From Patescibacteria group bacterium (GTDB taxonomy: Bacteria; Patescibacteriota; Patescibacteriia; 2-01-FULL-39-33): DNA of 32,000 bases. Each line of letters opens with the position of its first letter. Position 1 is the first letter of the stretch. Location of the stretch: positions 1 to 32,000 of the forward strand of contig JBAZRV010000002.1 of the NCBI GenBank assembly GCA_041662745.1. Direction: 5' to 3'. Positions 7,481 through 15,121 of the stretch are shown in pieces. Below the pieces are notes generated by a model. It made no database searches, had not been told where the DNA came from, and saw nothing but the letters and a program-made list of their open reading frames with translations. The position numbers and the translations under genes are program-made.

Positions 7481-8536
7481 TCAATTTTTTATAATTTCCC
7501 ATTCTACCGCATCCCGACTAATATTAATTAAGCGTAGAGGCGCATCCATACCGTCTAATTGATAAATTCCTCCCACTACCAGATCAGGGGATATTTTTAA
7601 AGTGTCCATCATCAACATTTCATCAGCGGCCAGGGAATTGGTTGATATACTGAATCTATCATCGGATAATTGATGCAGTTCTAAAGGGCTTAGACTTAGA
7701 TTAGTTAAGGTGTTTCCTAGATTAACGAGACTATCTATTTCTTGGGTTGATAGTAGTTGATATTGCATGCAAGTTCCCATAAGTCCGGCGCTGCTGGGCA
7801 GAGTGCCGGCGTCTTCACTGTTGCAATAAGGCTTATAAATATCAAAACCTGCTTTTTTTAGTTTATTTCTGACGTTTTGTTCGGCTTCAGGCAGAATTTG
7901 CTTGTTGAGTTGGTTTTGAGATAATTTTCTCAATTCTGAATCGGTGAGTGGTTTATATTCACGCACTATAGGTTCTCTGCCCTCAAGATTTATGTCGCTT
8001 AGATTGGGGTTAATAATGGATATTAAAGTGTAAGACAATAAAGCCAAAGCTAATCCGGCCAAAGCCGAAAAAATCATTGATTTGGCATCAGTGATTTTGC
8101 CGCTGTCACCGCGGGCTAAGAGCCATTTGAATCCGGCCCACATTATCATGATGGTGGCCACGATGCCAATAATGCCAAGCATCAAGTCATACCAGGCCTT
8201 AATATAATTACCCAATAAATTTTCGTTGACATTGCCGCCGGTAAAACTGCCCAGGGGGATATTAAGGATTAAATCGCCGGATTGGCCCTTGTTGGCGACC
8301 GCGTCGAATGCTGCTAATTGCGCTTTTTGCGCCGCTTCATAGTCGCTTTTACAAAGAGGAAAACCGTCAGTGGCCTGCTGTTGGCAGGCTGCATCGCCGG
8401 GTTCGCAATTATCAAGCTGGTCTTGCTGTTGTTTCAGGCAATCATCAACGTAATTCGCCCTAACTGTGGTTTGGGGAAGAAACAGAAAATAAACAATTAA
8501 GGCGATAATTCCTAAGGTTGTGATTTTTTTACTCAT
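7481..8536 (-). CDS. Secreted/membrane protein with VirB2/TrbC-like T4SS-pilin two-TM domain (paralog of 6427-7461)
   Basis: The 351-aa product has a signal peptide and a 4-Cys N-domain. Its block WYDLMLGIIGIVATIMIMWAGFKWLLARGDSGKITDAKSMIFSALAGLALALLSYTLISII is nearly identical to that of the neighbouring gene. The C-terminal domain of about 170 aa is unrelated and unassigned. Confidence 0.85.
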   Translation of the reverse strand: MSKKITTLGIIALIVYFLFLPQTTVRANYVDDCLKQQQDQLDNCEPGDAACQQQATDGFPLCKSDYEAAQKAQLAAFDAVANKGQSGDLILNIPLGSFTGGNVNENLLGNYIKAWYDLMLGIIGIVATIMIMWAGFKWLLARGDSGKITDAKSMIFSALAGLALALLSYTLISIINPNLSDINLEGREPIVREYKPLTDSELRKLSQNQLNKQILPEAEQNVRNKLKKAGFDIYKPYCNSEDAGTLPSSAGLMGTCMQYQLLSTQEIDSLVNLGNTLTNLSLSPLELHQLSDDRFSISTNSLAADEMLMMDTLKISPDLVVGGIYQLDGMDAPLRLINISRDAVEWEIIKN

Positions 8537-9816
8537 GGCAGGTCAATTTTATAAATTCTGTTGTTAATCGCATCGTTGAAAAATAACGATTTGGGGGAGG
8601 AAATATTATACATAATATTGTTAATGCTGCCTTGGCGAGTCGGTGTGGCGATTAATGTCTGTTGGCCCGTAGTTAAGTCAATTTGGTAGATGTCATCGGT
8701 CAGATTGTCGGCCACGCTGCGATCAATATCGGCGCCGTCAGGCAAATTGCGCGGTACGGCGCAATAGAGCGTGTCGTTGCCGGCAAAAGCGCATTTGTCC
8801 GGCCAAGTATTAAGAGTCAAGGGTTGGCGATTAGTGCCGATATTGTCGCCGTAAGCGTCGGAAATCCATAATTGCGGTTTGAAATCGGTCATGTTGTGTA
8901 CGCTGTAAAGCAAACGCCCGCCATTAGGCGACCATTCGCTTTGGAATCCCCGGCCTTCCACAATCATGGATTTGAAGTTTTCGCCGTTTAAGCCGACGAA
9001 GTAAACCTCAGAGCGATTGAGATCTTTGCCCTCATTGAAAGTAGCGACCATTTGGTTATTGGGGGACCAGTTTGTTTGGATTTGGTTTTCTATGCCGCCG
9101 ATGCTTTCTAAAATTTTGGGATTGGAACCGTCGTATTTGGCGGCGACTAAGAAACGATTTTCCGCATCCAACGCCATGTTTTTGAACAATATTTGTTCAT
9201 CATTAGGAGAGAATTCAAAACTCTCCCAATGTTTGGGTAGAGTGATTTGTTTTTGGGTGTTGAAATCGTAGATAATGTTAGAGCCGTCGGGATATTCTAA
9301 TACGGCTTTGCCGCCCTTATTGTCCCAAACGGCATTAGAGACATTGTAGAACACCTGATCGCTTAGAGCGGTGATATTGCCATTGCCGTCCACGCGATAG
9401 AACTTGCCGTCTTTAGTGTTGTAATAATTAATTGTTCCGCCGGAAGTCATGGAAGAAAAATAAACCGGATCCTTGACTATAGCGTTTATGGCCGTTAATC
9501 CGCCTTGAGCTGTTTGGGTGACTGTAGGCACCGAAGCTGATATCTGTCCGGGAGATTGGGGCAGGGAACCGGATTGCGCCGCTATTTGTTGGTTGCCGGC
9601 GCCGGCCTCAGGAAATTGACTGATAGTAGTGGTGGCCGGCTGTTCTATCGGTGTAATAGCGGGGGGAGCGAAAAACGGCAACCAAAAAAACCAATAAGCA
9701 AAAAAGACCAGTAAAATTATCGCACCGATGATCAAGGCAAAAACCCCGATTTTTTTCCAGTCAAGATTCATATGGTATTTATTATTAGCCGCCGGTTTCT
9801 CCTTCGCCCTCGCCAT
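8533..9816 (-). CDS. Membrane-anchored TolB-like beta-propeller (PD40-repeat) protein
   Basis: The 427-aa product has an N-terminal TM helix (IGVFALIIGAIILLVFFAYWFFWLPFF) and a Pro/Gln/Thr-rich linker. WSPN-type repeats follow (WSPNNQMVAT, WSPNGGRLLYS). Its stop overlaps the next start as ATGA at 8533-8536. An alternative ATG lies at 9771. Confidence 0.8.
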   Translation of the reverse strand: MARAKEKPAANNKYHMNLDWKKIGVFALIIGAIILLVFFAYWFFWLPFFAPPAITPIEQPATTTISQFPEAGAGNQQIAAQSGSLPQSPGQISASVPTVTQTAQGGLTAINAIVKDPVYFSSMTSGGTINYYNTKDGKFYRVDGNGNITALSDQVFYNVSNAVWDNKGGKAVLEYPDGSNIIYDFNTQKQITLPKHWESFEFSPNDEQILFKNMALDAENRFLVAAKYDGSNPKILESIGGIENQIQTNWSPNNQMVATFNEGKDLNRSEVYFVGLNGENFKSMIVEGRGFQSEWSPNGGRLLYSVHNMTDFKPQLWISDAYGDNIGTNRQPLTLNTWPDKCAFAGNDTLYCAVPRNLPDGADIDRSVADNLTDDIYQIDLTTGQQTLIATPTRQGSINNIMYNISSPKSLFFNDAINNRIYKIDLP

Positions 9817-10459
9817 GAGTGGCGCCGCTAGACGGTTGCGGGCCGGCTTCTTGAGCGCTTGGCGTGGAGGCGGGAGTGGCCGCCGGAGAACCGGTTTCGC
9901 CTTCTTGGACGCACTCCAAACTGCCGCTGATTAATTTTTCCGGATCATTGAGCAAATAACTTATTGCGCCATCAAGATAAAACGACCAGCCGCATTTTTC
10001 ATAGGCATAGTACATGCTGCCGCCGATCATGATAATGATGATTAGAATTAAGGCAATAACCCAGAGCCACCAGGTTCCCGCGATGAAAGTTATTGCCAGC
10101 CAAATATATCTGAGCGTTTTAACGGTTTTCATGGTCCGTTTAATTTTTTCTTCCGCTTCAGCCGTTTGCGAGGCGACTTTAATGGCGGTGTTGGCGGCTT
10201 GCTCTTTTTTAGCGTTAAGCGTATCGGCTTGATTATCATCAAAATTCTGGCGATCGGGGCGGTTAATTCGGTTTATTGAAGAAGCCTGGCTGGACCCATC
10301 GTCCGGACTCTCTTCTTGCTGGTTTTGCGACTGATCGGAAGAAATTGAACGGCGGCTTAATGCAGTGTCTATGGGGGAAAAATTATTGGCGCGGGTCAAT
10401 TCGTTGCGTTTGGCGTTTTTTTGGCTGTTTATTTTACTGGCTATTGTCACTTCGTCCAT
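9785..10459 (-). CDS. Hypothetical membrane protein with disordered N- and C-terminal regions
   Basis: The 224-aa product has a low-complexity Ser/Gln/Asn-rich N-terminus. A TM hairpin follows (LRYIWLAITFIAGTWWLWVIALILIIIIMIGG), then a 2-Cys segment and a Gly/Glu/Pro-rich tail. It is the first gene after the minus-strand promoter. Confidence 0.7.
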   Translation of the reverse strand: MDEVTIASKINSQKNAKRNELTRANNFSPIDTALSRRSISSDQSQNQQEESPDDGSSQASSINRINRPDRQNFDDNQADTLNAKKEQAANTAIKVASQTAEAEEKIKRTMKTVKTLRYIWLAITFIAGTWWLWVIALILIIIIMIGGSMYYAYEKCGWSFYLDGAISYLLNDPEKLISGSLECVQEGETGSPAATPASTPSAQEAGPQPSSGATHGEGEGETGG

Positions 10460-10507
10460 ATCTAATTTAATAATTCGTCACAGTAAGGCCTAAAGAATTA
10501 CATCCTT

Positions 10508-10536
10508 ATTATACCATTTTTTGCTTTTAGTCGCAA
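10508..10536 (-). promoter_or_regulatory. Sigma70-type promoter for the minus-strand operon
   Basis: On the minus strand the -35 TTGCGA lies at 10536-10531. A 17-nt spacer follows. The extended -10 TGgTATAAT lies at 10516-10508. The promoter is about 45 nt upstream of the ATG at 10459. Confidence 0.55.
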
Positions 10537-10569
10537 AGTATTATCGGTTGATATTTTTTTATAAAACAA

Positions 10570-10588
10570 GCAATCATAATATGATTGC
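10570..10588. promoter_or_regulatory. Perfect 8-3-8 inverted repeat GCAATCAT-AAT-ATGATTGC between divergent promoters
   Basis: Read directly from the sequence. It lies about 34 nt beyond the minus-strand -35 and about 40 nt upstream of the plus-strand -35. Confidence 0.4.
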
Positions 10589-10627
10589 ATTAAGAAGATG
10601 TTTTATGTTGTAATTAATAATTGTAAT

Positions 10628-10656
10628 TTTTCAAAATGGCCAAAATATTGTATAAT
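10628..10656 (+). promoter_or_regulatory. Putative promoter of the pilus-associated operon
   Basis: TATAAT lies at 10651-10656 and is immediately preceded by TG. A weak -35 TTTTCA lies at 10628-10633 with a 17-nt spacer. Confidence 0.45.
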
Positions 10657-10673
10657 TAATTGTAGTTAATGCT

Positions 10674-10711
10674 TGTGGATAAGTCATGGATTATTCGGCG
10701 TTTATCCATGA
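10674..10711 (+). promoter_or_regulatory. Cluster of DnaA-box-like motifs / hairpin in the 5' leader
   Basis: TGTGGATAAG lies at 10674-10683; its first 9 nt are the reverse complement of TTATCCACA. Two related boxes are CATGGATTA (10685-10693) and TTATCCATG (10702-10710). An 8-bp inverted repeat pairs TCATGGAT (10684-10691) with ATCCATGA (10704-10711). Confidence 0.5.
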
Positions 10712-10732
10712 GCAAATTAAGGTGACAAAAAT

Positions 10733-13375
10733 ATGCTGTTAAAACAGCCCACTAAATTTTTTCGGGTCGCGATTTCGGTCGTGGGCGGCCTGTCTTTGTT
10801 TTTAATTCCTTTAATCCCTGTTTCGGCTTGGACCGGCCCGACAGACGATCCGCCCAATGGCAACGTGGCGGCACCCCTTAATCAATCAACGCTTTTTAGC
10901 GGTGATGTAATTTCTGGCAGGTGGAATACATTAATGATCACCCCTGACGGTTGCAGTGCCGCCTCCCTGGTTGGTTGGAACGGAACTAAGTTGGTTTGTA
11001 CTTCAACTTTGCCGTCAGCCGGAGGAATCAGCGGTACGATTAATTACGTATCCAAATTTACCAGCGCTAATACGCTTGGCAATTCTTCTATTTTTGATAA
11101 TGGCAACGTCGGCATAAATGATTCGGCTCCGGCTGCCACCTTGGTGGTAAGAAAGCCTACCAGCGTTGTTACCGCTACTTGGTTGCGGGTTTTTGATGAT
11201 TCCCAAAATCCCGAAATTCAATTGCAGTATTCCAGTGATGCTAACGGGCACTGGGGTATTTATAATAATCAGACCGAAGATGCTTTCAGGATTTGGGGCG
11301 GCGGCAATGATCGTTTGGCGATCAAGCAGAACGGCAATGTCGGCATCGGCACAAATAATCCTCTTGTTAAATTAGACGTAGTTGGCGTAGTCAGTTCCAC
11401 CGGTTTGCAAGTTAACGGTGCAATAACCGCAAGCAGCTTAGTTGGTAGCGGGAGTCGCTGTCTGCAAGCCAGCGCTACCGGTCAAATTTCCGCTACGGCC
11501 TCGGCTTGCGGTACGGGAGGCAGTACCGGTGGCGGAGTCAATTATGGACTGGCCGGCCAAACCGCTTATTATCCGGCTAATGGCACTAATGTTACCGGTA
11601 CCTCGGCCTTGATTATTGATAATGCCAACGGCCGAGTAGCTGTCGGTACGGCTACATCGGCTAATCATCGCTTTTTGATTAAATCGGCTAATGTACTGGG
11701 TTATGCCATGAAAATATTGGATTCCAGCGGCAGCATACCGCTTTTATCTGTCGTTGATTTTGGCACAGCGGCTTTTAATGCTATGGTGGGCATTGGTGTT
11801 GATACTCCCGCTGAAATGCTAGAAGTAGCGGCTCCTGTTAGCGCTAAAACAGCCAGAGTGCGTATTACTGATAAGGTCAATAATCCGGAACTACAATTGC
11901 AATACGGCATCGGTAGTGAACATTGGTCTGTGTATACGCGCAATACGGAGATCGCCGGTCAACCTGGTACGGCAGACAGTCTAAATATTTGGGGGGGCAC
12001 ATTGGATAGGATGACTATTAATCAATGGGGAATGGTGGGTATAAATAATACTGATCCGCAAAAACGATTACATATAGGTCCCGGTCCGACATATTATCCG
12101 GCGTCGTCATTGGCTATTACGGAAAGTCCGGCCAGTATTTGGAATCCCGGCGCTGATTCAGGAATTGAATTTAGTGTTATGGGAGCCGGTAACTATAGAA
12201 ATGAGGCCGGGGCTATAGGGTATACTGCGTCATTGACGAATGAAGATTCAAGGGGGTTTGATTTTTATGTTGGCAGAACCGATCCTCCCACCGTTCATGG
12301 TTGGGGCGATGGCATACCGGCAATGAAAATCAGGAGTGAAAATGCTTATGTTGGTATTGGAACTTGGATGCCATTATCATCGTTGGTTGTTTCTAATCAG
12401 TCAATAATAACTAAGCGTTCGGAGATTGCCAATAAAGACGTTTTCGTTGATATTAATACTAATACCACTAACTACTCTAACGGTTTGAAATGGTCTGTTG
12501 GCGTGACTACAAGTTCTCAAGACTTATGGTGGCTATATCGTCCAGCTGAAACTTCCGATTTAGTGTTGGCTACCGGTGATAATAACCCCTCCAACAGGCT
12601 GATAACTTTTTTATCTAATGGTAAAATAGGCATCGGGACTAACAGTCCGGTATCTACGTTTAATGTTGTAGGCGATAATGCCTCAGGGTATGGCATCACT
12701 CAGCCGGATGGCGCTACTGCCTATATTAAAAACACCCACATTACCTCCGGTTTGGAATATTCTTTCGGTTTAATCGGCGAGGGTTATACGGCTGGTATCC
12801 TGGGCTTATCTTCCAGCGCATCAGGCGTTGGTATTTTTGGCCTTAGTTCTGCCGGCACTGCAATTCAGGGAAGAACAGAAGGTGGGACTGCCGTTTCCGG
12901 CGATGCTTTAGATAGCAATGGTTTTGCAGGATATTTTAGCGGCGGTAAGGGCGTAGCTATTTCCGCTGGCAGTAATGTTAATCCCGGTTTGCAATTAAGC
13001 GGGGGTGTCAATGGTACTTTTATGCAACTTGATCGCGGCGGCGTTTATAATGGTTTATTCGGGGTGGCCGGAGCCAGTGCTCAACTTATTAATAATTCAG
13101 CGGGAGGCGATATTGTTTTAAGAAGTAATGGCGGAAAATTGATTTTAGGAACCGCTTACGCGTCGCCGGTTATTACGATTAGCGGTACTAATGCGGGAAT
13201 AGGAGTCACTTCACCGACTCAAAAATTACAAGTTGATGGCACAGTTAGGGCAACCGGCTATATGGCAGGTTCGGCAACGGGCATAAGCAGGACAGTCACG
13301 GTCAAAGGCAGAACCAATAGCAATTGCAATTTAATTTTTACTAACGGTCTTTTGACGAGCAGTAATTGCCCCTAA
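10733..13375 (+). CDS. Large secreted repeat protein (tail-fibre-like G-[IV]-G-T-x-x-P modules)
   Basis: The 880-aa product has a signal peptide or anchor followed by AWTGPTDDPPNGNVAAPLN. Eight copies of a motif like NVGIGTNNPLVKLDVVG are present. Two longer repeated modules contain NPE[IL]QLQY...HW..Y......IWGG..DR[LM].I.Q.G.VGI. An AAGGTG RBS sits 8 nt upstream. Confidence 0.85.
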   Translation: MLLKQPTKFFRVAISVVGGLSLFLIPLIPVSAWTGPTDDPPNGNVAAPLNQSTLFSGDVISGRWNTLMITPDGCSAASLVGWNGTKLVCTSTLPSAGGISGTINYVSKFTSANTLGNSSIFDNGNVGINDSAPAATLVVRKPTSVVTATWLRVFDDSQNPEIQLQYSSDANGHWGIYNNQTEDAFRIWGGGNDRLAIKQNGNVGIGTNNPLVKLDVVGVVSSTGLQVNGAITASSLVGSGSRCLQASATGQISATASACGTGGSTGGGVNYGLAGQTAYYPANGTNVTGTSALIIDNANGRVAVGTATSANHRFLIKSANVLGYAMKILDSSGSIPLLSVVDFGTAAFNAMVGIGVDTPAEMLEVAAPVSAKTARVRITDKVNNPELQLQYGIGSEHWSVYTRNTEIAGQPGTADSLNIWGGTLDRMTINQWGMVGINNTDPQKRLHIGPGPTYYPASSLAITESPASIWNPGADSGIEFSVMGAGNYRNEAGAIGYTASLTNEDSRGFDFYVGRTDPPTVHGWGDGIPAMKIRSENAYVGIGTWMPLSSLVVSNQSIITKRSEIANKDVFVDINTNTTNYSNGLKWSVGVTTSSQDLWWLYRPAETSDLVLATGDNNPSNRLITFLSNGKIGIGTNSPVSTFNVVGDNASGYGITQPDGATAYIKNTHITSGLEYSFGLIGEGYTAGILGLSSSASGVGIFGLSSAGTAIQGRTEGGTAVSGDALDSNGFAGYFSGGKGVAISAGSNVNPGLQLSGGVNGTFMQLDRGGVYNGLFGVAGASAQLINNSAGGDIVLRSNGGKLILGTAYASPVITISGTNAGIGVTSPTQKLQVDGTVRATGYMAGSATGISRTVTVKGRTNSNCNLIFTNGLLTSSNCP

Positions 13376-13386
13376 TCCAAGAGGTC

Positions 13387-15069
13387 ATGGTTAATCGCGC
13401 GTTTAAATACGGATCACTCACTATGTTGACGGCCATTATCGTTTTGGCTGGAGTATTGGCTTGCCGGTTGGCGTTCATGCAAGAAACAAATGTAATTTAT
13501 GATGTGGCCGGCTGGCTCTGGAGTGATAATTATGGTTGGATTTCGTTGAATTATCAGAATCCGGGATTGCCGGAAAGCGGAGATACGAGATCATATAAAA
13601 TTCAATTGGACAGTAACAATAATCTATCCGGCTATGGCTGGTCAGAGTATGTTGGTTGGGTTTGTTTCGGCTTCACTTGCTCCGGTTCCGGCATTGGAGG
13701 TATTCCATCCTTTGATGGTGGCTGGGATGCCAGTTACGATCCAATAGCTAAGAAAATCACTGGTTGGGCCGGGATTGTTTCTCTGGGTAATGAGGGTTAT
13801 CTGCATTTGGGCGGCACGGTAATTGACGGTTCCTTAGCTAATGGTGTCGGCCAGGCTTGCTATGATTGCAATACTAATAATGAGGAAGGATCATTAAATT
13901 GTCGCAGTTGCTTTGCCCGCGTCAGGGTTGATGGTGAAAACATACCGGATACCAGCGTTACTTCAACCAGTGCCGGTAGTGGTTCCATATGCTTTAATTG
14001 CAACGGTTGCCAAACTTCAACTAATCCGTTGGGCACTGCCAGTCGCATTATTTGCACCGGCGGTTGCAGCGGCGGTTGTAAAAAATATGGCACCATAGTT
14101 AATGGTGTCAACGGTACAATTTTAGGTTGGGGTTGGAATGGTGATAGCACCAATCTAATTGGCGCCGGCTGGGTGGAGTTTAATGGCGCAGCCGAGATTG
14201 TCTATCCTTGGTTGCAAACGCAATTCGGTTCGGTTTACGGTTCTAACTATATCAGACAAAGATTTGAAAAGGGCCGTAACGCCACTTATTGTATTTTTGC
14301 CAAGGATGTTTATAGTTTCACTTCCACCAATTGCCAGCAACCGTTTTTTTCTGATGTCGCCATTGCTTATCCGACATTGCAGAATGGTGTTTATAGGAAT
14401 GCTTTGGGACAGATTGATTTGGCTGGCTTAACTACGGAATACAGAAGAATCGGCAATACTCGCTATAATAAGTATGATCAGGTTTTGAATATTTACAATA
14501 ATGCAACAACTTGGAAAAACAGCGAAGTTTTTAATAATAGCGTGTACGTTATTAAGGGAAATCTGACTATTGATGCTGGGTTCGCCATTGCTAATGGCGG
14601 TAATGGACAGCGGGGCAACGGTTTAGTGGTAGTTGATGGCGATTTGAATATTAAAAGTGATTTTGGTTATAGCAACGGTTCTTTGCCCGATGATTTAAAG
14701 AAGCTCGGATCAGTGGCCTGGGTGATTAAAGGCGATGTGATAGTTGATCCGACGGTGACTAAGATTGTCGGGGCTTATCTGCTTTTAGGCAAAGATGGCA
14801 TTTTATGTCAGACGGAAAGCGGCTCTTCCGCTGATTATCCTAAGTATATAGCTAATGGTTGCGGAGTGTTTTTTTCTAATGAAAGTCCAAATCAATTAGT
14901 AACATTGGGATTGATTATTGCCAGGGCCTTTGATTTTCGACGTACTTACTCCAAATTAATTCAGGGTTCAGAGAGGATAATTTATGACGGCCGCCTAATC
15001 GCTAATCCGCCTCCCGGACTCAAAGCTTTGGCGGAAAATTTGCCGGTGATTCGTGATTATCAGTATTGA
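13387..15069 (+). CDS. Large secreted/membrane-anchored protein with Gly-Trp repeats and a CxxC-rich region
   Basis: The ATG at 13387 is preceded by AAGAGG. The ORF-track start at 13366 is a TTG that overlaps the upstream gene. The product has an N-terminal TM helix. Repeats include GWLWSDNYGWISLN, GYGWSEYVGWVCF and GWGWNG...GAGWVEFN. The Cys cluster reads CYDC, CRSC, CFNCNGC and CTGGCSGGC. Confidence 0.8.
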   Translation: MVNRAFKYGSLTMLTAIIVLAGVLACRLAFMQETNVIYDVAGWLWSDNYGWISLNYQNPGLPESGDTRSYKIQLDSNNNLSGYGWSEYVGWVCFGFTCSGSGIGGIPSFDGGWDASYDPIAKKITGWAGIVSLGNEGYLHLGGTVIDGSLANGVGQACYDCNTNNEEGSLNCRSCFARVRVDGENIPDTSVTSTSAGSGSICFNCNGCQTSTNPLGTASRIICTGGCSGGCKKYGTIVNGVNGTILGWGWNGDSTNLIGAGWVEFNGAAEIVYPWLQTQFGSVYGSNYIRQRFEKGRNATYCIFAKDVYSFTSTNCQQPFFSDVAIAYPTLQNGVYRNALGQIDLAGLTTEYRRIGNTRYNKYDQVLNIYNNATTWKNSEVFNNSVYVIKGNLTIDAGFAIANGGNGQRGNGLVVVDGDLNIKSDFGYSNGSLPDDLKKLGSVAWVIKGDVIVDPTVTKIVGAYLLLGKDGILCQTESGSSADYPKYIANGCGVFFSNESPNQLVTLGLIIARAFDFRRTYSKLIQGSERIIYDGRLIANPPPGLKALAENLPVIRDYQY

Positions 15070-15121
15070 GCAGATATTTAATTATTAATTTTTAGTCATT
15101 AGTCATCAATTTTAAATTTTT

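Noticed and set aside
10460-10732. An AT-rich intergenic region with a perfect DnaA box plus degenerate boxes, considered as a replication origin.
   Set aside because: Only one perfect box is present. No dnaA, dnaN or other origin-linked genes are adjacent. The same box recurs at the pilin promoter at the same offset, which points to transcriptional or leader function rather than oriC.
10733-15069. Tail-fibre-like repeat protein plus its neighbour, considered as a prophage remnant or a diversity-generating retroelement target.
   Set aside because: No phage structural, integrase or reverse-transcriptase genes are in the window. I found no template/variable repeat pair. The genes are embedded in the pilus transcription unit.
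15093-15106. Tandem TAGTCAT-TAGTCAT in the 52-nt gap before pilM.
   Set aside because: It has only two short copies in AT-rich spacer. There is no support for function.
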